From a virus (taxonomy: Duplodnaviria; Heunggongvirae; Uroviricota; Caudoviricetes), in IMG/VR virus record IMGVR_UViG_2531839450_000009: DNA of 30,601 nucleotides. One strand, given 5' to 3'. Under the pieces are notes generated by a model, which worked only from the letters and a program-made list of their open reading frames with translations, was not told the origin of the DNA and did not search any database. This document shows, piece after piece, positions 9,777-20,469 of this stretch (position 1 is the stretch's first letter; each line of letters begins with the position of its first letter). Position numbers and translations under genes: made by a program.

Positions 9777-9804
9777 TGCCCATCTTCGGGTGGGCGTTTT
9801 TTTT
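9777..9804 (+). terminator. Rho-independent terminator
   Basis: GC-rich hairpin gcccatc-ttcg-ggtgggc followed by a run of 8 T. Confidence 0.65.
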
Positions 9805-9986
9805 CAGGGTTTTCGTCATGGTTAGCGACTTTGCGGCGGTTTAGAAACTGACCATTAAAGTAAATGCAAACGATGATCTGATGATGGTAGCGGCCTAAGA
9901 AGCCAGACGCCACGGGGTATGAGTCGTCCCCCGTCAAAAAAATCGACCGCAGAGTGTCCCCGTCTGTGTATTAGGGAACGGGGAGG

Positions 9987-10067
9987 CACAACAGGTAAGG
10001 GCGCTGGTGTGATTAACCAGATGAACGAGAAGGGGCCATCTGTTGGTCAGCGTCCTTTCCTGTTGCG
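9987..10067 (+). ncRNA. hairpin element E1 (candidate structured RNA, family of four)
   Basis: cacaacaggtaaggg ... cctttcctgttg form a long closing stem around an internal hairpin ctggtgtgattaaccag. Confidence 0.3.
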
Positions 10068-10269
10068 TTTTCTTTTCAGCGTAACAGCGGTGCTTAACAG
10101 CACTTTGGGTACAGTTCCACGAATTTACGGGTATATCCCGTCATGCTGAAGGCGCTAATCACGCTGGAAGCCAGGGTTGTGCATCCCCTGTTACCGAATT
10201 GCAGCCAGGGCGCGGTGCGCCGAAAAGCATACGGAGGTGGAAGCCCTCGCCGGAGACGTACCCGGCAGG

Positions 10270-10311
10270 TGATGGTGTAGCTCAGCGGTTCGAGTCCGTT
10301 AATCGGCACCA
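10270..10311 (+). pseudogene. tRNA remnant: D-loop-like and T-arm plus 3' acceptor-ACCA, anticodon arm absent (tRNA-Thr-like 3' end)
   Basis: gtgtagctcag fused directly to ggttcgagtccgtt-aatcggc-a-cca. T-stem agcgg/ccgtt pairs with loop TTCGAGT. The 3' end atcggcacca resembles E. coli thrW as I recall. No complementary 5' acceptor strand and no anticodon stem-loop. Confidence 0.4.
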
Positions 10312-10312
10312 G

Positions 10313-10399
10313 CACAACAGGTAAGGGTATTTTGCGACGTCGGAGATCGCCGAGCTTGGCAGAGGGTTCGAATCCCTACGAAGTACCCTTACCGTTGTG
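10313..10399 (+). ncRNA. hairpin element E2 (candidate structured RNA with T-arm-like internal hairpin)
   Basis: 16-bp closing stem cacaacaggtaagggta / tacccttaccgttgtg (one bulge) enclosing gggttcgaatccc. Not a cloverleaf. Confidence 0.3.
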
Positions 10400-10544
10400 A
10401 TGAAGTGCAGCTCTTTGAAGCAACCAGAAGATAAGCATCTGGCTTCACAACATAAACCGCAGGAACGACCAATAAACGGTAGTCCGTATGGAGAACACCC
10501 CGTTGAGGAAGAGGCCTGGCCGGAACCGTAACCGGCACTACAAC

Positions 10545-10626
10545 GTTGAGAACACTGGCGTAACGGGGTCATATCCCAATCTACGAATAAATGTTGCGTT
10601 GCAGCGTGACAACCAGTGTTCTCAAC
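10545..10626 (+). ncRNA. hairpin element E3
   Basis: Perfect 14-bp stem gttgagaacactgg / ccagtgttctcaac enclosing gtaacggggtcatatcccaatctac; tail attgtggtgaatgc shared with E4. Confidence 0.3.
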
Positions 10627-10815
10627 ATTGTGGTGAATGCACAGGCTGATGTGCCGCAACTACAGTAGTGCGCGCTTTGCGGGGCTTGCTACAACCCTGT
10701 GTCGGAGTTCAGCACCGACCATCACAGTTTGATTCTCTGGCATGAGCATAACGCTGAAATAAGTCCAGTCTGGTGCGGCCCGATCACCCGCCGTTAGCTC
10801 CACGAAACGGAGCAC

Positions 10816-10892
10816 GTAACAGGTAAGAGCATTCTCCTGTAACGGGTTCATATCCCAATCTACAGGTCCACCAGGAATGCTCTTTCCGTTGC
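10816..10892 (+). ncRNA. hairpin element E4
   Basis: Imperfect long stem gtaacaggtaagagcattctcctg / caggaatgctctttccgttgc enclosing taacgggttcatatcccaatctac; tail ttgcggtgaatgc. Confidence 0.3.
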
Positions 10893-11042
10893 GGTGAATG
10901 CGGCTAAGCGCACGCGGAACAGTTAAAACAATCCTCCTTAATGGTTAAACATTCCGGCGTTAATTGTTAACTGGTTAACGTCACCGGGAGGCACTCGGCA
11001 CCGCAATCTAATAAATATGTCACTTTTATTGAGGGATAACCA

Positions 11043-11477
11043 ATGTTCGGTAAATTGTTCGGCAAGAAAGTCGCTTCTGCAAAAGTAGAGCTGAAAAAAG
11101 TTGAGAATCGCGATCTGATGGAGGCCATCATCGGTGGCTGTTTGTTGGTGTCTGCCGCTGATGGTGAAATCGAAAAAGAAGAAACAGCGAAACTTGATCA
11201 GCTTGTCCGCTCTAATCCGCGTCTTAGTCATTTTGGTAACGAAATTACTGCAACAATTACCCGCTTTACCGAGCAACTGGAAGCTGGCTTCCGTGTTGGT
11301 CGCATGAATATCCTTCGCGAAATTGAAGATATCAAAAACGATCCAAAAGAAGCGGAAGAAGTATTCGTTAACATGCTGACAATTGCAGAAGCGGACGGTG
11401 AAATCGAGCCAGCAGAACACAAAGTACTGGAAGAAGTAGGCCGTCGTTTAGGTCTTCGTGTGGAAGATTATCTGTAA
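11043..11477 (+). CDS. tciA: TerB-domain protein (tellurite-resistance TerB family)
   Basis: ORF track, 144 aa. Pattern IIGGCLLVSAADGEIEKEE ... MLTIAEADGEIEPAEHKVLEEVGRRLGL, two D-G-E-I repeats typical of TerB. Position upstream of tRNA-Ile and ban matches my memory of P1 tciA. Confidence 0.7.
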   Translation: MFGKLFGKKVASAKVELKKVENRDLMEAIIGGCLLVSAADGEIEKEETAKLDQLVRSNPRLSHFGNEITATITRFTEQLEAGFRVGRMNILREIEDIKNDPKEAEEVFVNMLTIAEADGEIEPAEHKVLEEVGRRLGLRVEDYL

Positions 11478-11641
11478 TGGCAAGCAAGGCACGTATCGCA
11501 ATCGCCATTGGTTTTCTCTTGCTGTCCGTGCTGGTGGATTTCACCAGCACAATCCTGTCAGTTTTATCGGACGGGGCGTTGGTGGCAGTAGCTGTAACAT
11601 TGGTATGGCCGATATTAAAAACAGCTTCTAAGGATCAGTGA
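11477..11641 (+). CDS. small membrane protein (54 aa), translationally coupled to tciA
   Basis: ATG overlaps the tciA stop (TAATG). Hand translation MASKARIAIAIGFLLLSVLVDFTSTILSVLSDGALVAVAVTLVWPILKTASKDQ. Below the ORF-track size cutoff. Position corresponds to P1 tciB as I recall. Confidence 0.5.
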   Translation: MASKARIAIAIGFLLLSVLVDFTSTILSVLSDGALVAVAVTLVWPILKTASKDQ

Positions 11642-11748
11642 TGGGCTTCTGGGATTTTGCTGACAAGCATCCAATTGTTCTCGTTGTCATTGCTGGCATA
11701 GTTGTAGGCGGTATTGCTGGCGTCATAGAAGCACTCAGGAAACAGTAA
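11641..11748 (+). CDS. small membrane peptide (35 aa), translationally coupled
   Basis: ATG overlaps the previous stop (TGATG). MGFWDFADKHPIVLVVIAGIVVGGIAGVIEALRKQ. Position corresponds to P1 tciC as I recall. Confidence 0.45.
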   Translation: MGFWDFADKHPIVLVVIAGIVVGGIAGVIEALRKQ

Positions 11749-11751
11749 TCC

Positions 11752-11827
11752 GGCCCTTTAGCTCAGTGGTTAGAGCTGGCGACTCATAATCGCACGGTCA
11801 CCGGTTCAAGTCCGGTAGGGGCCACCA
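11752..11827 (+). tRNA. trnI: tRNA-Ile (anticodon CAU, lysidine type, AUA-decoding); tRNA-Met cannot be excluded from sequence alone
   Basis: Clean cloverleaf: acceptor GGCCCTT/AGGGGCC, D-arm GCTC-AGTGGTTA-GAGC, anticodon loop CTCATAA, T-arm ACCGG-TTCAAGT-CCGGT, encoded CCA. Near-identical to E. coli ileX as I recall. Confidence 0.85.
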
Positions 11828-12113
11828 TATTTGGTTGTAACACGGCGTCTGGCACATGCGTCGTTAGCGGTCTGGTGACGTTAAAAGGGGGGAACCTTGC
11901 CCCTAGCTCAGGCAACGAACCAGGTAGCCGGAATGTGCAAGCCACCGTTTGTTGTTTCTCGGGTAAAGGGATTCACCATCCTGGCGATTCGGTGTGACAG
12001 CCGGGAAGAGTCCGGCGCATTAATCCTGATTTTCTGGTGATGACTCATATCGTTAGGAGTGATTTGAGTATGCCGATTATATCTGACATTCAGCACGCCT
12101 GGGTGGAGTGCTA

Positions 12114-13478
12114 ATGTCTGCATCCCCTCTTGAATCCATGCCAAATTCCCTTAGTGCAGAACAAGCTGTACTTGGTGGCTTAATGCTTGATAACTGCCGC
12201 TGGGATGAAGTTGCAGATCGTATAGTTGCTGATGATTTTTATACCAGTGCTCATCGTGAAATTTTCAGTGAGATGGAGAGGTTATTAAGTCATGGCAAAC
12301 CGATTGATTTGATAACACTTGCTGAAGCACTTGAACAGAACGGTAAATTAGAACGCGCCGGTGGTTTTGCGTACCTTGCGGAGATGTCAAAGAACACGCC
12401 CAGCGCGGCAAATATTTGTGCTTATGCGGATATCGTTCGTGAACGCGCGGTTGTTCGTGAAATGATTTCCGTCGCAAATGAAATAGCCGAAGCTGGATAT
12501 GCGCAGGATGGCAGGGGCAGCAATGAATTGCTGGATATGGCCGAGCGCCGCGTTTTTGAAATAGCTGAAAAACGACAAAAGAGCGGTAGTGGTCCAAAAG
12601 ATATCGCCAGCATTCTCGATGCAACGGTATCTCGCATAGAAGAGTTGTTTCAGCGACCACATGATGGTGTAACGGGGCTTGATACGGGATTTACCGATCT
12701 CAATAAGAAGACGGCAGGGCTTCAGCCGTCCGATCTCATCATTGTCGCCGCCCGCCCATCTATGGGGAAGACCACGTTTGCGATGAATCTCGTCGAAAAT
12801 GCCGCAGTCCGTAACTATAAGCCCGTATTGGTTTTTAGCCTTGAGATGCCGAGCCACCAGCTGATGATGCGCTCACTGGCTTCTCTTGCACGCGTTGATC
12901 AGACTCGTATTCGAACAGGGCAACTTAACGACGAGGATTGGGCGCGGGTTTCTGGCGCAATGGGGATTCTGTTGGACAAGCAAAATATTTTTATTGATGA
13001 CTCAAGCGCCCTGACACCTACAGAGCTTCGTTCCCGCGCTCGTCGTGTTTATAAAGAAAATGGTGGTTTGAGCATGATTATGATCGACTACCTGCAACTT
13101 ATGCGCGTCCCCGAGCTGCAAGATAACCGAACGCTGGAAATTGCCGAGATTTCTCGCTCACTGAAGGCTTTGGCGAAGGAATTACAAGTACCGGTGGTGG
13201 CATTGTCACAACTTAATCGTTCACTTGAACAGCGTGCGGACAAACGACCGGTAAATTCAGATTTACGTGAATCAGGAGCAATTGAGCAGGACGCAGACCT
13301 GATCATGTTTCTGTATCGCGACGAAGTTTATCACCCGGATAGCGAAATGAAGGGCATTGCCGAGGTGATTATCGGTAAGCAACGAAATGGCCCAATTGGC
13401 ACGGTGAGATTGGCTTTTAACGGCCAATACTCACGGTTTGATAACTATGCTGGTGCTGACTGGCAAGAGGATTATTGA
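12114..13478 (+). CDS. ban: DnaB-family replicative helicase (Ban)
   Basis: ORF track frame 12108..13478; preferred ATG 12114 with GGAG upstream. Walker A PSMGKTTFAMNL. Long stretches identical to E. coli DnaB as recalled (SIEAEQ-like N-terminus, GLQPSDLIIVAARPSMGKTT, LRESGAIEQDADLIMF). Confidence 0.9.
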   Translation: MSASPLESMPNSLSAEQAVLGGLMLDNCRWDEVADRIVADDFYTSAHREIFSEMERLLSHGKPIDLITLAEALEQNGKLERAGGFAYLAEMSKNTPSAANICAYADIVRERAVVREMISVANEIAEAGYAQDGRGSNELLDMAERRVFEIAEKRQKSGSGPKDIASILDATVSRIEELFQRPHDGVTGLDTGFTDLNKKTAGLQPSDLIIVAARPSMGKTTFAMNLVENAAVRNYKPVLVFSLEMPSHQLMMRSLASLARVDQTRIRTGQLNDEDWARVSGAMGILLDKQNIFIDDSSALTPTELRSRARRVYKENGGLSMIMIDYLQLMRVPELQDNRTLEIAEISRSLKALAKELQVPVVALSQLNRSLEQRADKRPVNSDLRESGAIEQDADLIMFLYRDEVYHPDSEMKGIAEVIIGKQRNGPIGTVRLAFNGQYSRFDNYAGADWQEDY

Positions 13479-14476
13479 TGCAATGGAATGAGGAAAAGCC
13501 GATGAACATCCTGATCATTGGGCGAAAATTTGAAGCTATCAGTGATGTGAAAACATATACGGAAATGTGGGCTTACAACCTGGCCTGCGCCTTTAGTGAG
13601 GCAGGGGTAACATTGCAATACCATCGTCCATATTCCCCCGGCGTCGAAAGCCCGGAGGATTATGTTGAAGCTGTGTTGACCGCTGCGACCTCGTGTTCTG
13701 CGAAAGCCATTTTAGCGCCAGGATTGCGGTATTTTACTACGGTGCCCAGGGAAATAGGCGTGCAACTGCGTCGTCGATTCACTGGATGGGTAGCCCAGGT
13801 ATACGACGGTTCTATGCTGGATTCGGCACCAGTCGATATTACTTTTACTGTCCGCGATGATACCTGGCGGTACCTGGATAATCCAGGCAGGTTAGAGCGT
13901 CATAATCGCTTTAACAAACATGTTGGATGGGCAGCGAATCAGGATCTGTTCCATCTGGAAACCAAAACAGACGATGTTCTGCGTATTTTTGTAGACCACG
14001 CTGCATTTGATGTTAGTGGGTTTGATCACTCCTTAAGTATCCTTATGAACCTTCAGCGTCTGACCGTTCCGTATGAGGCCAGAACGTTGACCGATGACGG
14101 ATTGATTACCATTGATCCGGGGAATATATCGGTAACCCCATACAGACGGACGCCGGTACCAGCAACCGAATTTGCAGCTGAATTGCGTAAGAGTGACGTG
14201 TTTATCGTTACGCATCCCGAAAGCCTTGGATTAACTGTACTTGAGGCGGCAATGTGCGGGGCGTTGGTATTAACGCCTCCCGATTGCCTTCCGCCAGATC
14301 GCCTGGCTTTGGTGAACCATATGGTTATCAAGTCGCGGATTGATTGGGATGAGGTTATTGCTCGCGTTGATCGCGTGAAAAATGCTGAAAAGGTCCAGTG
14401 TCACACCTGGTCGGCAATTGCGGAAAAGATGCTTGAGACGTTTATCACGCAGAAACCGTCGCGCGGTAACGGATAA
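13478..14476 (+). CDS. GT4-like glycosyltransferase (GT-B fold); occupies the position of P1 dbn
   Basis: ORF track frame; start overlaps the ban stop (or Met at 13502 with AGGA Shine-Dalgarno). C-terminal motif THPESLGLTVLEAAMCGALVLTP resembles the E-x7-E signature of GT4 retaining glycosyltransferases. Confidence 0.6.
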   Translation: MQWNEEKPMNILIIGRKFEAISDVKTYTEMWAYNLACAFSEAGVTLQYHRPYSPGVESPEDYVEAVLTAATSCSAKAILAPGLRYFTTVPREIGVQLRRRFTGWVAQVYDGSMLDSAPVDITFTVRDDTWRYLDNPGRLERHNRFNKHVGWAANQDLFHLETKTDDVLRIFVDHAAFDVSGFDHSLSILMNLQRLTVPYEARTLTDDGLITIDPGNISVTPYRRTPVPATEFAAELRKSDVFIVTHPESLGLTVLEAAMCGALVLTPPDCLPPDRLALVNHMVIKSRIDWDEVIARVDRVKNAEKVQCHTWSAIAEKMLETFITQKPSRGNG

Positions 14477-14497
14477 AAAATTGAACCCGTCATAACA

Positions 14498-14522
14498 GAA
14501 AAGCCCTAACGCCGGGCTTTTC
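14498..14522. terminator. bidirectional intrinsic terminator between convergent operons
   Basis: gaaaagccc-taacgcc-gggcttttc: 9-bp stem flanked by A-run and T-run. Confidence 0.6.
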
Positions 14523-17669
<3,147 letters not shown>

Positions 17670-18887
17670 TTATCCTTTCCGTTTACGGGCTTCGTTAATT
17701 TGTGTCTCAAGAATGCTTCGCGCCTGCGCGGTGGCAGCGGCCTTGTCCATTCCCTGACTCATGAAAAACTTTATGAGGTTGTTCGCCTGCGTTTGCAGGG
17801 CTTTTTTGAGAGCGTCGGCTTCAGCGCGAGCCTGGGCTTCCCTCACCCGCGAGGCTTTTAGTTCGGCATTCTTCCTGTTTGCCGTGGTGCGAGCTTTTTT
17901 TAACAACCGGCGAACGTTGTCCGTGGCGCTATCTTTGGCGCGTAGTTTTTTGCCTAATGCATCCTGAGATTTCAGATATAACTCATACTCACGCGCCGCT
18001 TTAGCCTGATCCGTCGTTGTTGTCCGGTTGCGCGCGAGCGATTTAGCCAGTTCGCCTTTGAAATAGGTTGTTGTCTTCCGCTTGTCATCGCCGAAGGCTA
18101 CCTGTTCAGCTGCTTTTTCCAGGGCAATAATGATGGCCTTGTGCCATGTGGGAGACTGAAAACGCGTCATAGCGTGCAACACATGTTTGCAGGCTACACC
18201 AGTCAGATCAGGGTTGCGGATCTTGGGGAATGCATACTCTTTTGGCGGCGCGACAGCATAGTTACCAGCAGTGGCCATATAACGATACCAGTATTGATGG
18301 CGTCCACAATCACAGTCGAAAGATACCCGGCCCTTGCAGAGATCGGCAGCGATTCGGGCTTTTTTCGCACCGTCTTCAGCAATTTCCTCAACGGCTTTAT
18401 CCCATTCCTCAAATCGAATTCTGACACGGTGATGCTGGTGGACCGACTCATCCGAGGCATTAACAGATATCAATGCAAGGTTGTGTTTTAGCCCGAGGAA
18501 TGTCGCGGCTTTGATCCCTGTGCCATCAGAAACCTTGTTGTTAGCGCGTTTTATATCAATGCTGGTGGACTGCGCCACCAGCTGAGCATAGGTAATGCCG
18601 GGTACCGTGCTCTTGAATTTGGTTTTATGAGCCTGCCTTGAGGTGTTGAAACTGCGTATATCTTCGGGCGTAAAGTAGGTGCCATCTTTCTTTTTCCCAA
18701 GGCTGAGGAATGCCTCAAGTTCGCGGTTACGCATCCCCATAATCCTTGGGGTGAGTGTACGTCGCGCGTTTCGCCGATTCTGACGCTGCTGTTTACGGAT
18801 AAGATCGAAGACCTTGTTAAAGTCTTTTGCACTTAATCCATCAGTCTGATAGCGACCAAGGTTGTCGCGAGCATATTCAGTTGGCAT
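17670..18887 (-). CDS. SWIM-type zinc-finger protein with basic coiled-coil C-terminus (405 aa)
   Basis: ORF track. CxC...CxH pattern (SFDCDCGRH ... GVACKHVLH) fits a SWIM zinc finger. C-terminal 120 aa Lys/Arg/Ala-rich helical. Confidence 0.5.
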   Translation of the reverse strand: MPTEYARDNLGRYQTDGLSAKDFNKVFDLIRKQQRQNRRNARRTLTPRIMGMRNRELEAFLSLGKKKDGTYFTPEDIRSFNTSRQAHKTKFKSTVPGITYAQLVAQSTSIDIKRANNKVSDGTGIKAATFLGLKHNLALISVNASDESVHQHHRVRIRFEEWDKAVEEIAEDGAKKARIAADLCKGRVSFDCDCGRHQYWYRYMATAGNYAVAPPKEYAFPKIRNPDLTGVACKHVLHAMTRFQSPTWHKAIIIALEKAAEQVAFGDDKRKTTTYFKGELAKSLARNRTTTTDQAKAAREYELYLKSQDALGKKLRAKDSATDNVRRLLKKARTTANRKNAELKASRVREAQARAEADALKKALQTQANNLIKFFMSQGMDKAAATAQARSILETQINEARKRKG

Positions 18888-18896
18888 TCATTTCCC

Positions 18897-19274
18897 TTAC
18901 GCAATGGATAATGTCCCTATTACCTGGCCGTCGTATTGGAGATGGCGAATCATTTCGCGGATCCAGGTGGCAGGTGGGAGTTTTAATTTTTTGCCAACAG
19001 TCATACCCTGAGACTCATCCTCAAGCCCGGCGGCGAGCGTCACAACCCAGCGTAGCTCTGCTATGCCCCACATACGGTAAGCCAGCAAATCCGGGCGATA
19101 TTGCTCATCGGGAAGAACGTAATAAATCGTCAGATTCTTGTCGTTCGATTCACACATAAGCATCACCTCTTTGCGTAGCTCTGCCCTGAGTATTGGATCG
19201 GCTATGTTGCGGTCGTCATACCGCGACAGAGGATATTGCCGGGTGCTTTGGGTTGTAGTGATTGATGTAGCCAT
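18897..19274 (-). CDS. hypothetical protein (125 aa), first gene of the minus-strand operon
   Basis: ORF track; follows the divergent promoter region 19275-19420. Confidence 0.45.
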   Translation of the reverse strand: MATSITTTQSTRQYPLSRYDDRNIADPILRAELRKEVMLMCESNDKNLTIYYVLPDEQYRPDLLAYRMWGIAELRWVVTLAAGLEDESQGMTVGKKLKLPPATWIREMIRHLQYDGQVIGTLSIA

Positions 19275-19420
19275 AGTCAGCCTGCCAGAAATAGATGATG
19301 GTGATTCTACCGCTAGTCATTTGTTGAATATTTAACTCAATAAAAGAAAATTATTAGTGCAATTTTGATTGTGAAATGTATCATTCTGCCCTTAAGTAGG
19401 TTCTTCACGAGGAAACAAAA

Positions 19421-19666
19421 TTGGCAGAACGTGTTGATGATGCAGAGCTGAGCATGAATCAGTTAGAAGCTCTCAAAGACATGGCCATCGATAACATCAG
19501 AAAGCAGGCACAGGTCGTGAGCCAGGTATTTACAGGGAAGTGTCGTTACTGCAATGAATCGATTGAATCAGGCATTTATTGTGACGCTGAATGTGCGCAA
19601 TGGCACAGGGAAGAGCAGGCCGCAAAACAGCGTAAATATGGCATGCGACCGGCAGGATTTGACTGA
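19421..19666 (+). CDS. small zinc-ribbon protein (81 aa)
   Basis: ORF track; TTG start with GAGGA Shine-Dalgarno. Cys cluster CRYC-x9-C-x3-C. Confidence 0.5.
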   Translation: MAERVDDAELSMNQLEALKDMAIDNIRKQAQVVSQVFTGKCRYCNESIESGIYCDAECAQWHREEQAAKQRKYGMRPAGFD

Positions 19667-19668
19667 TT

Positions 19669-20247
19669 ATGTTGCGCTTTACTGAGGAAGAGTTTCAGGC
19701 TTTTAGTGAGCGTCGAAATAAGGGGCGGTCCAGGCCAAAAACCAAAAAGGATCCATTCTTATCGCTTGCGCCGGTAAAAGAAGTTTCTCCACATGCGAAG
19801 GCACTTGCAGCACTTGCAAAGAACCCAGACCTGCGCGACGGAAATTGCGAGCACTTCGAGCAGGTTTTCATTTTTGATTACTTCGAACGCAAGCACCCTG
19901 ACATCTATGAGCTGTTGCATGCAACGCCTAACGGAGGGAAGCGTTCAAAAGCAACCGCCGGGAAAATGAAGGCTGAAGGGCAGAAAAAAGGTTATCCGGA
20001 CATGAGTCTCGATAAAGCATGCGGTATTTATCACGGCATGCGAATTGAGCTTAAAGAACCAAATGGTAAAGCCCCGACGAAAGAGCAGATCGCCTGGATG
20101 CGCAGGCTTAGAGAGGAAGGCTACTACGTTGTTCTTGCGTATGGTGCAGAACAAGCGATTACCGCCATCCTGGAATACATAAGTCTTAAAAAGGGTGAGG
20201 CTATTGAGCATGTATTGAACGGCGATAAGTGGTTGCATGCTGCTTAA
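19669..20247 (+). CDS. VRR-NUC domain protein (PD-(D/E)xK nuclease fold)
   Basis: ORF track, 192 aa. C-terminal GYPDMSL...GMRIELKEPNGKAPTKEQIAWMRRLREEGYYVVLAYGAEQA resembles the VRR-NUC signature. Confidence 0.6.
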   Translation: MLRFTEEEFQAFSERRNKGRSRPKTKKDPFLSLAPVKEVSPHAKALAALAKNPDLRDGNCEHFEQVFIFDYFERKHPDIYELLHATPNGGKRSKATAGKMKAEGQKKGYPDMSLDKACGIYHGMRIELKEPNGKAPTKEQIAWMRRLREEGYYVVLAYGAEQAITAILEYISLKKGEAIEHVLNGDKWLHAA

Positions 20248-20313
20248 AATAATAAATTAATTAGTGCATGTACGCTCTTTGTGGTAGTGCACTTTAACAT
20301 CGGGAGAATAATC

Positions 20314-20469
20314 GTGTCATCCAAGGTTAATTATGAGTCGCTGGCATCGGTCATGCCGCGTAATGAACAGGAAACAGATGCTGTAGTGGACCCTGTAATC
20401 GCTGAAATGAATGCTCGCCTGGAGGCTGAATTTGCAGCTGAGAATGAACATACCACCCAGGGCGACTAG
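20314..20469 (+). CDS. small acidic protein (51 aa)
   Basis: ORF track frame 20281..20469; preferred GTG start with GGGAGA Shine-Dalgarno. Confidence 0.3.
   Translation: MSSKVNYESLASVMPRNEQETDAVVDPVIAEMNARLEAEFAAENEHTTQGD

Noticed and set aside
9919-10851. Track ORFs 9919..10149, 10094..10315, 10282..10659 and 10660..10851 as protein-coding genes
   Set aside because: Mixed strands, mutual overlaps, no Shine-Dalgarno sequences, Cys/Arg-rich low-complexity translations, and they coincide with the hairpin elements. The region is more parsimoniously non-coding RNA.
9600-11040. Canonical tRNA genes (I expected tRNA-Asn and tRNA-Thr somewhere near tciA from memory of P1)
   Set aside because: Despite T-loop-like motifs (ggttcgagtcc, gggttcgaatccc) I could not fold any segment into a full cloverleaf with 7-bp acceptor, D-arm and anticodon arm. 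Only the tRNA at 11752-11827 is canonical. A covariance-model search is needed to be sure.
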